Assembly (NCBI GenBank): GCA_965214835.1
Contig: CBDCCK010000002.1
Coordinates: forward strand, 512,001 to 576,000
DNA from: Nitrosopumilaceae archaeon
Lineage (GTDB): Archaea; Thermoproteota; Nitrososphaeria; Nitrososphaerales; Nitrosopumilaceae
Direction: 5' to 3'
Length of the DNA: 64,000 bases
The notes beneath the pieces were generated by a model. That model ran no database searches, was not told the DNA's origin, and saw nothing but the letters and a program-made list of their open reading frames with translations. Below are positions 1 through 9,094 of this stretch, piece after piece. Both the position numbers and the translations under genes were made by a program. How positions within the stretch are numbered: position 1 is the stretch's first letter; every line of letters begins with the position of its first letter.

Positions 1-289
1 CTCAGATATTCTGACAGCGCGCGCCTCATCGCCTCAAGCGCGGAATAGTACTCGGAGACCAAGCATGTCCCTCTTTGACTGGTGCCCGTATTCCTCAATC
101 ATAACAGCTCGTGATTCTGAAGCTCAGGCGTGGTTTTGATTCCAAAATACAGGATGTCTTGGATGTAAATCATGCCTAGAATCACAAATCACTTCACAAA
201 CACGAACTGTCACAAAGATACATGATTCATTAGTGTTTGATGGGTTATGACAGATATCTAAATCTGCTAGAAATCAGTTTCACATCATT

Positions 290-916
290 TTATTTCTTTA
301 AATCCCAAACACTTTTCTTTTCTAGTAATTCTTGAATAAACTCCACGATTTCTTTTACCTCTTTTGCATATTCGGGATAAATATCAAATGCCAACCATTC
401 AGAAATTATGGAATAAACATATTTAGTCATTCGACCATATTGTGCTAGATACAATAGTCCAGCTACTGGAAGTTTAACATACCATAATTCTTTAAAATTT
501 AACATTCTGCTATTTGATTTGGATGAATGTCTTCTAAGCCATTTTGAGATTTCGTTAATTAATTCCTTATTTGATTCGGAATCGTTATCTTGGTTCTTTG
601 CAATTAAAACAGTAAATCTAACAGAATCCAAAGGAATTATTGTAGAAAATCCATTAATTTCCAAGTAACATATAGCTGCAAGTAAGCCGGTTCTTTTATT
701 TCCATCATAGAACGGATGCATTCTAATAATTCCTTCCATTAGACTAGCTGCTTGCTTGAAGATATTGTCATATGGCATCAACGAACCGATTTGTTGAGTT
801 GGTCTATCTGCAATAGATGAAAGTAACCCTTTATCTTTCACACCTCGAAATACATTAAAATGCTCCTCAACAATAGTGTGAAGTTGTAACAAATCTTCTT
901 GGGATAACTGTTTCAT
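290..916 (-). CDS. Fic/Doc (death-on-curing) family toxin
   Basis: HPFYDGNKRTG Fic/Doc motif; Doc-like N-terminus (GVKDKGLLSS..RP). Confidence 0.9.
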   Translation of the reverse strand: MKQLSQEDLLQLHTIVEEHFNVFRGVKDKGLLSSIADRPTQQIGSLMPYDNIFKQAASLMEGIIRMHPFYDGNKRTGLLAAICYLEINGFSTIIPLDSVRFTVLIAKNQDNDSESNKELINEISKWLRRHSSKSNSRMLNFKELWYVKLPVAGLLYLAQYGRMTKYVYSIISEWLAFDIYPEYAKEVKEIVEFIQELLEKKSVWDLKK

Positions 917-1017
917 TAAATTTCAGCCAGTCTTTCAAATACTGCCTTGTTCTTGTCTATGGTTCTAATGGCGATTTCTCTTAATTTTTCTTGATGAATC
1001 TTCTCACCTTTTACCAT
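916..1017 (-). CDS. 33-aa putative antitoxin (MVKGEKIHQEKLREIAIRTIDKNKAVFERLAEI)
   Basis: Read manually, below ORF-track cutoff; its stop overlaps the doc start (TAATG); C-terminal amphipathic helix resembles Doc-neutralising antitoxin tails. Confidence 0.65.
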   Translation of the reverse strand: MVKGEKIHQEKLREIAIRTIDKNKAVFERLAEI

Positions 1018-1379
1018 ACTTACCACACATAAAATTAGTATTTAATTGTAACAGATCGGGTTTATGAATGTGTTATATGGAAATAATGTCCACTATTCAT
1101 TGATGGTGCGAGTTTACCCCTCAGGCGACAAGGCTGGCCGGAACCTTCATGATCGTGCCTATTACGCCGTATTCCTCGAGATGGGGTAAACTTATGCAGC
1201 TGTGATATGGGAGACACTTAAAAATGGGGTGCATTTTCATCCATGATAAAAACCCCGGCCGGTAACACGGCGACGTTCCTTGCTTCTTCTGATCCGTGCC
1301 TAGTAGGTCGGGCCGTGCTTTATAACTAACGCTAGCAACACGCACGGATCATTGGGCAGGTGGCGGGGCAGAGGCGATC

Positions 1380-2459
1380 CTACGCCGTCGTCCCGGCCAG
1401 CTCAGTTACCCTCTTGATCTTCTTGTTGTACAAGGCATTGTTACATGATGAGTACGGAGTCTTTGTCATCAACATGTGCCAGATTATCCTAAGCATCTTG
1501 GTTGCAGCGTGGGTTATCGCTATGACATGGCTGTTGCCGTTCCTTCTGCGAACCCTCTCGTAGAACTCCTTCATCCTGTCGTCGTACTGTACGGCGACGT
1601 TGGCTATCTGGGTCATCACCCAGTTGATCCTGCGGTTTGCATCCTTTTTCATGTGACCGTGATACTCGCGGTCCCCCGACTGGTATACCCTTGGACACAG
1701 GCCGGCCCAGGACACAAGATGGCTCGGTGATGGAAACCTGGCTATGTCGCCGACCTCTGCTAGCAACAGCATTGCTGCAAAGGCCTCTATCCCAGTCATG
1801 CTCATCAGTATCTTGGCATACTCGCTGAGTCCTGCCTGTCTTCCTATGTCCTTCTCTGCCTGATCTATCTCCTTTGTGACAGATGCAATCCTCCTAGTGC
1901 AACTTGCCAGTATTCTGTTGTCGTTTGGCATGTCCAGCTCTGTCTCGGAAAGCTTTTGTATGGCCTTCCTAGAGTACATTGTGGATGCGTCTATGATTAT
2001 ATCGTACTTGTCAAGCAGGCTGTGTAGCCCGTTTATGACTGCGGTTCTGTCCTGTACAAGACGTATCCTGTACCTCATCAGCTCCCTGACATCCCTCAGG
2101 TCTGCAGGAGCTACGTAGCAGCGCGGTATCATTCCCGCCCTGAGTGTGTTGGCTATCTTCCTTGCATCTATGGGATCAGTCTTTGCGCTGGTCTCCGATA
2201 TTATCTTCATCTTGAGTGTGTTTGCCAGCAGTATGGGTATGTGATGATCCTCAAACGCCCTGAATGTCTTTAGCCACATGTTGCCCGTTGACTCGCATGC
2301 GGCCTGGCATTTCTTGTACTTTTTTTTCAGCCGGACAGCAAGCTTTGCTGCCTCCTTGTACGTGTTGTCATACGAGCCCTCCTTAAGCACGTGTCCCTTG
2401 GCGTCTACAACGCACACTGCACATCTTCTTTTTCCAATGTCTATTCCTATGCTTTTCAA
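1380..2459 (-). CDS. IS110-family DEDD recombinase (transposase)
   Basis: GIDIGK, ACESTG, KTDPIDARKIA (DEDD RuvC-like) and WAGLCPRVYQSG (catalytic Ser) motifs; likely TTG start at 2459 behind SD GGAGGTG (2471-2477) rather than 2516. Confidence 0.93.
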   Translation of the reverse strand: MKSIGIDIGKRRCAVCVVDAKGHVLKEGSYDNTYKEAAKLAVRLKKKYKKCQAACESTGNMWLKTFRAFEDHHIPILLANTLKMKIISETSAKTDPIDARKIANTLRAGMIPRCYVAPADLRDVRELMRYRIRLVQDRTAVINGLHSLLDKYDIIIDASTMYSRKAIQKLSETELDMPNDNRILASCTRRIASVTKEIDQAEKDIGRQAGLSEYAKILMSMTGIEAFAAMLLLAEVGDIARFPSPSHLVSWAGLCPRVYQSGDREYHGHMKKDANRRINWVMTQIANVAVQYDDRMKEFYERVRRRNGNSHVIAITHAATKMLRIIWHMLMTKTPYSSCNNALYNKKIKRVTELAGTTA

Positions 2460-2504
2460 TCCTTTTGTTTCACCTCCTTTCAGATTATGGTTTGATAGAT
2501 CAGA

Positions 2505-2632
2505 AGCTGCATTCATCCATCAGTGCGCGAAGCACAGGAACACAGCAGCTCGGATATCCCCATTCAACTACGAGTGCGCGAAGCACATGAAAATGAAGGG
2601 GTTGATCCATCACCCTGACTACGGCGGGGGTG
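2505..2632 (-). ncRNA. IS110 bridge RNA (5' stem, target-binding loop 2558-2601, donor-binding loop 2505-2550)
   Basis: Two internal loops, each capped by an identical GTGC-TTCGC-GCAC hairpin; guides match the empty target (CATTTTCA / GTAGTTGAA) and the circle junction (TGTGTTC / ATGGATGAA). Confidence 0.85.
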
Positions 2633-2703
2633 TTTTTATCATGTGTTCAACTACTGATTCACTATCAATCCTTAAAACACACCCTAATGTATTTTGGGTA
2701 TCA

Positions 2704-4860
2704 ATGTCGAATTCCAAGGAATCCAATCATGGCAATGAATTTCTTTTTGCGAAAGTTAAGGAAGAGGTTTCTACACGAGAAAAAAGCAAGCCTTCTCCAC
2801 ATAAACCTAAATCGTTTGAAGTCGACTTTGATCCAAGCTTAACTGATATTGAGAGTATAGGTGTCGAACAGCAAGTTAGAGAAACTGCAGCGTTTCTAGA
2901 AAAGAAAACAATTAGAGATGATGACGAAGTTTTTTACAACATTTATCCAAAATATGAAATTTCCCAGCCAAATGTAAAATATCTATTAGAAAGGTTAGGC
3001 GCACAAATCGTTGCTTATACTGATAGAAAAAATAATGGATTTTTACTTGCGGCTTCAAGACAAAGATTACAAAAATTAAGTGAAAAACCAACTAAATACT
3101 TGACCAATACTCTGAGAATAATAAAACCACTTAAACCTGGTGAACAAATCAGCAACACTCTAAGAAAAAACAAAGAAACACAAATGGCAGTATTGTCAAT
3201 AATTCCTAATCTGGAATCAGATAAAAATTTTAATTATATGGGCAAAATGATAACGTTTCTAGCAAATAACAACTGTAAATTATATGGGTTAGATTTACAA
3301 AAATACGGATTTGTTTTTGCTGATGTGACTCTTTACATAGTAAATAAATTAGTGGACGAATCTACATTCATTTTTCATATTAGTGAAGTTCCAGACGCCA
3401 TAGCACATGAGATCCGAAATTCAGAACATAAAAAAACAAAATTAGAAAAAACCAACTCTAATAATCTTAAAAATAAATTTCTTCCAACTGTTGTCTTAAT
3501 GGATAGTGGCGTTAATCCAATTTCTTCATTAGGAAAAGTGTTGATATCTCGTGATGCTTATTTATTCCAAAACTTTGATGATGAACATAGGAATCTTGGT
3601 CATGGAACTCCTATTGCTCATCTGATGGCGTATGGAGAAAATGACAAGGAACCCACTGTGAATATCATTTCTTACAAAATTTGGTCTGATGAACAGAAAA
3701 AATGGGCTTTTACAGGAATGATCAATGGAATTGAAAAATATCATAAAGAAACTCGATTTTTTGTAAGCTCCATCGGCATTCCTTTTTTACCTTTACATCA
3801 AATTGTTGTCTTGGAAAAATTAGTTCAGGAAAAAAACATTTGCCTAGTTGTTAGTGGAGGGAATATTCAACTGTCTGACATCAAAGCATGCCTTGAAAGT
3901 GGTGCTCAGTATCCCGATTATCTGAAATCTTTCCCTGTAATTCCTCCTGCTAATGGTGTGAACATCGTCTCCATAGGTTCACTGGCAAAAAAAGTAAGTA
4001 CCAAATACACGTCCCTAGCTGACTCAAATTCAATATCTCCTCACTCTAGGTGCGGCTCGGGTGCTGTCGAACTACACGATTGTAAAAAACCTGAATTAGT
4101 TGAACATGGAGGAAACATAAATGTCGATAATTCGTTTAACCTAAACTCTGAAGATGTCGGTGTGTCTTCTTTTGACAAGGATGATAATTTTGTTACTTCT
4201 CTTTCTGGGAGTAGTTTTTCATCGCCTTTGTTTGCTAGAAGATTGGCACAGATAGAACAGCGATATAGATCAAGGATCACTAACATTGAAACATTTCTTG
4301 CAATTAGCTATCTTACAAGTACCAAAAATAATGATTCTTGTTGGGGTTATGGGGAGCCAACGACCATTGTCGGATGTGATAAAAACTCTGCAATTTATTT
4401 AGCTGAGGGAAAGCTGGGTTTTACAAACACTGATGAGCAATCTATTAGAACCCCTCACAACGACATTGTGTTTTACGTTCCTCCTAGAGTAGATGAAATC
4501 CAACTTTGTATAGTACATTCTGATGATTTTAAGAAAGCAACAATTCCAACTTTGGAAACTTTTTTGGACGTTAAAACATACAAGCTTGGAAACAACAAAC
4601 TAATTCGCCCTCAAAATCGCAGCAATCTTGACTCAAAAACGAATGTTAAGATTCTTACCTACAAATTTGATTCAAAGAGCATGGAATCGATCTGGACTTT
4701 TAAAATAAGACCACGATTGGTAAACGATGTCTTAACAGAAGATAAAAGAAAAATCAACGTTAGGTACGGATGTGCAATTCTATTGAAAGGAAAGTTAGCC
4801 AGGCAGTCAAAAAAATCCCTCACCCAAGAGGTGATTGAGAATAGGGAGAAATATATGTGA
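2704..4860 (+). CDS. S8 (subtilase) family serine protease, Y4bN/IetS-like, no signal peptide
   Basis: Catalytic triad motifs VVLMDSGV, HGTPIA, GSSFSSP and KPELVEHGGN; start reassigned to ATG 2704 because the ORF-track N-terminus runs through the IS. Confidence 0.85.
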   Translation: MSNSKESNHGNEFLFAKVKEEVSTREKSKPSPHKPKSFEVDFDPSLTDIESIGVEQQVRETAAFLEKKTIRDDDEVFYNIYPKYEISQPNVKYLLERLGAQIVAYTDRKNNGFLLAASRQRLQKLSEKPTKYLTNTLRIIKPLKPGEQISNTLRKNKETQMAVLSIIPNLESDKNFNYMGKMITFLANNNCKLYGLDLQKYGFVFADVTLYIVNKLVDESTFIFHISEVPDAIAHEIRNSEHKKTKLEKTNSNNLKNKFLPTVVLMDSGVNPISSLGKVLISRDAYLFQNFDDEHRNLGHGTPIAHLMAYGENDKEPTVNIISYKIWSDEQKKWAFTGMINGIEKYHKETRFFVSSIGIPFLPLHQIVVLEKLVQEKNICLVVSGGNIQLSDIKACLESGAQYPDYLKSFPVIPPANGVNIVSIGSLAKKVSTKYTSLADSNSISPHSRCGSGAVELHDCKKPELVEHGGNINVDNSFNLNSEDVGVSSFDKDDNFVTSLSGSSFSSPLFARRLAQIEQRYRSRITNIETFLAISYLTSTKNNDSCWGYGEPTTIVGCDKNSAIYLAEGKLGFTNTDEQSIRTPHNDIVFYVPPRVDEIQLCIVHSDDFKKATIPTLETFLDVKTYKLGNNKLIRPQNRSNLDSKTNVKILTYKFDSKSMESIWTFKIRPRLVNDVLTEDKRKINVRYGCAILLKGKLARQSKKSLTQEVIENREKYM

Positions 4861-5519
4861 TGACTGGTGGATTAAACATTCTTCGTTCAAGTAAGCGCAA
4901 AGGAAAACATGAAGTAAAGATAATAATAAAATTGATCCCGTTCTTTGAAAATAAAGGATATCGGGTTATACCTCACGCTCGATTTAACATCGCCTGGGGT
5001 AATATTTTATCAGATATTGATTTGTTATTAATCAAAGACCAGCATATCGGTGTTGTTGAGGTAAAATCTTCCAAAGATAATCTGTCAAGAGCAACTAGGC
5101 AAATTGACAACATTAAAGATTATGTTGACTTCATGTATATTGCAACTGATTACACTCCAAGGAAGTTTTTGTTTAAAGATGTTGGACTGATAATTGTCAA
5201 TCAACATGTCCAGATAATTAAAACATCAGAAGCGTTTGCTGAAAAACCTAGGTTGTTTTCAATAAATTCAATTCCGAAAAAATGTCTGTGCAGAATCTTT
5301 GATGTTAAAAAAATAAAATACTCAAAAAACTCAAGCAAGTCCAAGCTTGCTAGGCAAATACTAAACAATTCTCAAAACAACCTTAAAAAAGAATTACAGC
5401 AAATCGTTACGTGTGGTTTAGAATGTGACACGCAATGTCCGATTTGGACATTTAAACACAAACAACTATCACTAGTGACAATACCCAGCAGTTCCGATTG
5501 TAGTCTGAAAATACAGTAA
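4857..5519 (+). CDS. PD-(D/E)XK nuclease-fold protein, sce7726-like
   Basis: DIDLLL..VVEVKSSKDNLSRA..Q motif; Cys-rich C-terminus; start overlaps the protease stop. Confidence 0.7.
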   Translation: MMTGGLNILRSSKRKGKHEVKIIIKLIPFFENKGYRVIPHARFNIAWGNILSDIDLLLIKDQHIGVVEVKSSKDNLSRATRQIDNIKDYVDFMYIATDYTPRKFLFKDVGLIIVNQHVQIIKTSEAFAEKPRLFSINSIPKKCLCRIFDVKKIKYSKNSSKSKLARQILNNSQNNLKKELQQIVTCGLECDTQCPIWTFKHKQLSLVTIPSSSDCSLKIQ

Positions 5520-5653
5520 AGCGGTGTAACAATTCGGGCTCTGGAAGTTCAGGCGTGAGTTTTGTCGCCCCGAAAACCCCGATCGAGCACAATCCATGCC
5601 TAAAATCGGGAACGGCTTCCAGAACGCGAACTGCTACGATTGTAAGCATGATC

Positions 5654-5962
5654 CTATGTTGTAACCTGCTCGATTCCATTTAGATGTTTTATCACGTTGT
5701 ATCCCTTTTTGCTTACCTTGTAACCTGTCCTAATTGGCCGATCCTGAGTTATCGTTCTTTCAAGCAGTCCCAAGTCTGTAAGCCTTGCCATCGTGGTGTT
5801 CACAGATGCTCTGCTCTTGACAATCTTATTGCTCATTACATATTGCGACACTGAATTATAGCCGATATTCTCGTTGTCTCGGATGTGTAAAAGCGTCTCA
5901 TAGGTGCCTTTGGTCGCAAGTACACGCAATACCTGGCCAATATCACGTTTGTCTGTTTTCAC
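5654..5962 (-). CDS. Winged-helix (HxlR/PadR-like) transcriptional regulator
   Basis: RLTDLGLLER..RPIRTGYKVSKKG wHTH signature; probable GTG start at 5962; divergent from the DUF499 operon. Confidence 0.75.
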   Translation of the reverse strand: MKTDKRDIGQVLRVLATKGTYETLLHIRDNENIGYNSVSQYVMSNKIVKSRASVNTTMARLTDLGLLERTITQDRPIRTGYKVSKKGYNVIKHLNGIEQVTT

Positions 5963-6095
5963 AGTAAAAACTAATGTCAACCATTTCAAAAATTCTAAAC
6001 TTGGATAATCTATGCTGACCTCAATATTTATGATCCTATTTATAAGAGCCCAGTCATCACAGTGGACTATTGATTGGTTTTGGTGAGATGGCCAT

Positions 6096-8741
6096 ATGAG
6101 CAACATATGGGAGGCCTGCAAGTTCAGCGACGAGATTGTCTCAGGGCATCTGGAACTGCACAAGTTTGCCGTAGAACTCCATGACGTAATATCAGGCAAG
6201 GCAGACCCAGTATACCAAGATCCAGCCATATTTTTTGATAACACATACCTGACGACTCAGATGCAGAGTGTACTTAGGGACGTATTAATGAGAACAGAGC
6301 GATCCATAGGAAAACCAGTAACCGTGATCGATACAGGCTTCGGCGGAGGTAAGACACACACATTGACTCTACTTTACCACATATTCTCCAATCCAGATCT
6401 GGGCTTTAGGTATATCAAAAAATATGGCATAGATGATGAGCTTGGAATCGAGTCGATCTCAGATGTCAGAGTTGTTGCAATTGATGGAAGGGATGTCAAG
6501 AAAAACACTCTGTGGGGGGAGATAGCTGACAAGCTTGGAAAATATGAATCAGTGCAGGAATATGACAAATCCCCAAAACCCATACATGATCTTGACATAA
6601 TCAAGGCATTCTTTGACAGGCCTACGCTGCTCATGATTGACGAGCTTCCCCACTATCTTAGCACCACACTTGCAGAAAGGATAGGAGACACTACAAAATC
6701 CAAGCTTACAGAGGACTTTCTCTATGCACTGATCAGTTCCGTGTCATCTAGTAAGAACAGCGTGTTCATAATGACACTGACAGCGAAACAGGAGCTATAC
6801 CGCAAGACCACGGATCGTATAATCGGAACAATAGCGGAGACAGATGCTGTCATAGAGGGATTAAAACAGACGATCTCACGTCAGGCCAACATAATCAACC
6901 CGGTGACAAAAGATGAAATTTATGACGTAATACGACAGCGGTTGATAAGAGAAATAAACGAGGATGAAAAAAAGAACACAGTACAAGAATATCTTGACTA
7001 TTACACGGATCAGGGATTGGTAACTGATCCAAGGTTTCAAGACAGGCTGGAAAAATCCTACCCGTTACACCCGGAATTAATTGACATGTTGTACGAGAGG
7101 GTCTCAACCATATCAAAATTCAACCAGACAAGAGGAACCCTGAGACTTCTTGCACTAGTGCTAAATGACATATACGCGAACAGGAGAAATTGCCAGCTGG
7201 TCTCTGTGGGAGACATCAACTTTGAGTCAGTGCCTATTGTAGACGAGATTACCGCAAAGATAGACAGAAACGAGTTTAGAAAGATCATAGACACAGACTG
7301 TATAGAGCACGCAAGGGAGCTGGATCGTACAAAAAACATCAAGATAGTAGAGCAGGTGGGCAAGACGATATACCTTCATTCACTGCACGAGACACCCAAC
7401 AAAAAATCCGGCATTACCTCCAATCAGATAAAACTGGTCGTTGGAAGGCCTGGCCTTGATTCGTCTCTCGTGGAAAAGGCCCTTTTGGACGACGTTAGAA
7501 AGTACTTCTGGTACATAAAGGAGAGCAACGGGCAGTTTTACTTTGTTGATGCGGTAAATGAGAACGCAATAATTGCCGAATATGCAAAAAACATAACGTC
7601 GCAAGAGATCGACGAGCAGGTTCGGGCAGAGCTTGTCACCCTTTCAAGGGGGATCTTCAAGCCCATAGTCTGGACAGATGACATCGAAGACGACCAAAAG
7701 CTGAAACTGTACCTGTTTCACTATAGGGCAGGTAATGACATCAAGACAAAGATTGTACACATGCTAGGATATGCAAGTGGCAATTCTGCGCGCAGGTATC
7801 AAAACACCATAGTGTTCGTTTATGCCGATGCTGGAAGAGTGCACCTGATAGAGAAGTATGCCAGAGAGTTGGTGGCAATAAAAAAGAGCAAAAAAGACGA
7901 GCGGATAAAAGCAGACAAGACATTTCTTCAAAACATCACGCAAAAAGAAGAGCAATCAAAGGGAAACCTGAGCAATGCGTGTCTTACATCCTACAACCAC
8001 ATCGGATATCCGAACGGCCCGGAACCAAGGCTGGACGTTATGTCGCACGCAGATATGACCAGCAATACAATCGGGGAGATGGCAAGCGAGTTTTTGAGTA
8101 AAAAGGGCAAGATGATACCTGAGATTGGGCATGATGCCATAACAGTAGAATCATCCAAAAAAGTAGAAGACATTTACAACGAGTTTCTTTATGACAAGCG
8201 GAAGAAATTCCTACAAGACATGACATCAGTAAAACAGGCGGTGTCTGATGGGGTAGTAAAAGGACTGTTTGGATATGCAAGCGAGCTTGAAAAATCAGAT
8301 GGTGGATACGCTGGCGAAATATCGAAAAAAGTCGACGTAGAGTTTTCAGGCTATGTAATACACAAGGATCATGTAAGGCCAGACTCCAAACCAGAACCCA
8401 CGAATGGATTCGATACGGACGGAGGCGGGGATTTTGGAAATGTAGAAGATCAGCACCAATACAAAATCCCACTAAATACGATTGATAGCACTCTTGGCAT
8501 CCTAGACATCCTAATCATAGGCGATTTTGCAAACATACAAAAAAACATGGACGTGAAAATACAGCTGGTAGGAAGCACCGAAATATCACTATCCAGCAAG
8601 TTGGGGGATGTCAATGCAGTAAAAAACATGATCAAGTGTTTCAAGTCATATTGTGAAGGCACCTTTGATGGCCATCTGGAGCTGCGATCTGCTGACGACA
8701 TATCTGAGAAGCTAAAGAAGCATGATCTGGTGTTTGAATGA
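6096..8741 (+). CDS. DUF499 (BrxC-like) AAA+ ATPase of restriction-like defence system
   Basis: Walker A GFGGGKTH, Walker B LLMIDE, YPLHPEL and FNQTRGTLRLL motifs. Confidence 0.9.
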   Translation: MSNIWEACKFSDEIVSGHLELHKFAVELHDVISGKADPVYQDPAIFFDNTYLTTQMQSVLRDVLMRTERSIGKPVTVIDTGFGGGKTHTLTLLYHIFSNPDLGFRYIKKYGIDDELGIESISDVRVVAIDGRDVKKNTLWGEIADKLGKYESVQEYDKSPKPIHDLDIIKAFFDRPTLLMIDELPHYLSTTLAERIGDTTKSKLTEDFLYALISSVSSSKNSVFIMTLTAKQELYRKTTDRIIGTIAETDAVIEGLKQTISRQANIINPVTKDEIYDVIRQRLIREINEDEKKNTVQEYLDYYTDQGLVTDPRFQDRLEKSYPLHPELIDMLYERVSTISKFNQTRGTLRLLALVLNDIYANRRNCQLVSVGDINFESVPIVDEITAKIDRNEFRKIIDTDCIEHARELDRTKNIKIVEQVGKTIYLHSLHETPNKKSGITSNQIKLVVGRPGLDSSLVEKALLDDVRKYFWYIKESNGQFYFVDAVNENAIIAEYAKNITSQEIDEQVRAELVTLSRGIFKPIVWTDDIEDDQKLKLYLFHYRAGNDIKTKIVHMLGYASGNSARRYQNTIVFVYADAGRVHLIEKYARELVAIKKSKKDERIKADKTFLQNITQKEEQSKGNLSNACLTSYNHIGYPNGPEPRLDVMSHADMTSNTIGEMASEFLSKKGKMIPEIGHDAITVESSKKVEDIYNEFLYDKRKKFLQDMTSVKQAVSDGVVKGLFGYASELEKSDGGYAGEISKKVDVEFSGYVIHKDHVRPDSKPEPTNGFDTDGGGDFGNVEDQHQYKIPLNTIDSTLGILDILIIGDFANIQKNMDVKIQLVGSTEISLSSKLGDVNAVKNMIKCFKSYCEGTFDGHLELRSADDISEKLKKHDLVFE

Positions 8742-9094
8742 GAATATACCACCACACACTGGAGAGAAGCAAGAGTCGAAAGTCAATCATCTTTAAGGTA
8801 CACGTGGATGACAGGTTTGGCAAACAGAGGATAAACCAGGCCTTGCTGTCCGGTTGGCGCGCCAAACTTGCAGAAAAGCGTCTGTTTTTTGACAAAGATG
8901 ACTGGGACGACGACATTGCTCGAAAGTTTGTTGGAATTATGGTTCTAAAGATTGCCCGTGATGAGTATCAAGGGACACATTTTCTCAATAACGTAGATGC
9001 TAAAAGCAACATGGAGATTCATTTCTGGGCATACCAGTTTCTGTCAAACAAAAAGGCATCACACGCGTGGAAGATCCTAAACGGTGACGTCTAG
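8738..9094 (+). CDS. Small accessory subunit at the DUF3780 position of the restriction-like operon
   Basis: Translationally coupled between the DUF499 and DUF1156 genes; family assigned by synteny only. Confidence 0.6.
   Translation: MRIYHHTLERSKSRKSIIFKVHVDDRFGKQRINQALLSGWRAKLAEKRLFFDKDDWDDDIARKFVGIMVLKIARDEYQGTHFLNNVDAKSNMEIHFWAYQFLSNKKASHAWKILNGDV

Larger units (their letters stand above)
1237..2648 (-). mobile_element. Complete IS110-family insertion sequence (~1.41 kb)
   Basis: TTCA shared at both junctions (1236-1239, 2646-2649); perfect 12-bp subterminal inverted repeats CATGATAAAAAC (1242-1253) / GTTTTTATCATG (2632-2643); encloses transposase and bridge RNA. Confidence 0.9.

Noticed and set aside
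1-175. Minus-strand fragment resembling a helical protein (SEYYSALEAMRRALSEYL)
   Set aside because: Interrupted by stops and truncated by the window edge.
1111-1192. 10-bp inverted repeat AGTTTACCCC/GGGGTAAACT left of the IS
   Set aside because: Outside the IS boundary, single copy, no target duplication; cannot assign a function.
2460-2516. ORF-track transposase start at 2516
   Set aside because: That ATG lies inside the donor-binding loop; an SD-preceded TTG at 2459 gives the usual family N-terminus.
2522-2587. 15-bp direct repeat AGTGCGCGAAGCACA with a 36-nt spacer as a mini-CRISPR
   Set aside because: Only two short copies and no cas genes; fully explained as the capping hairpins of the bridge RNA loops.
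2278-2703. Apparent 142-aa N-terminal extension of the S8 protease overlapping the transposase
   Set aside because: It runs antisense through the transposase and bridge RNA; a chance open frame created by the insertion. The AT-rich gene begins at 2704.
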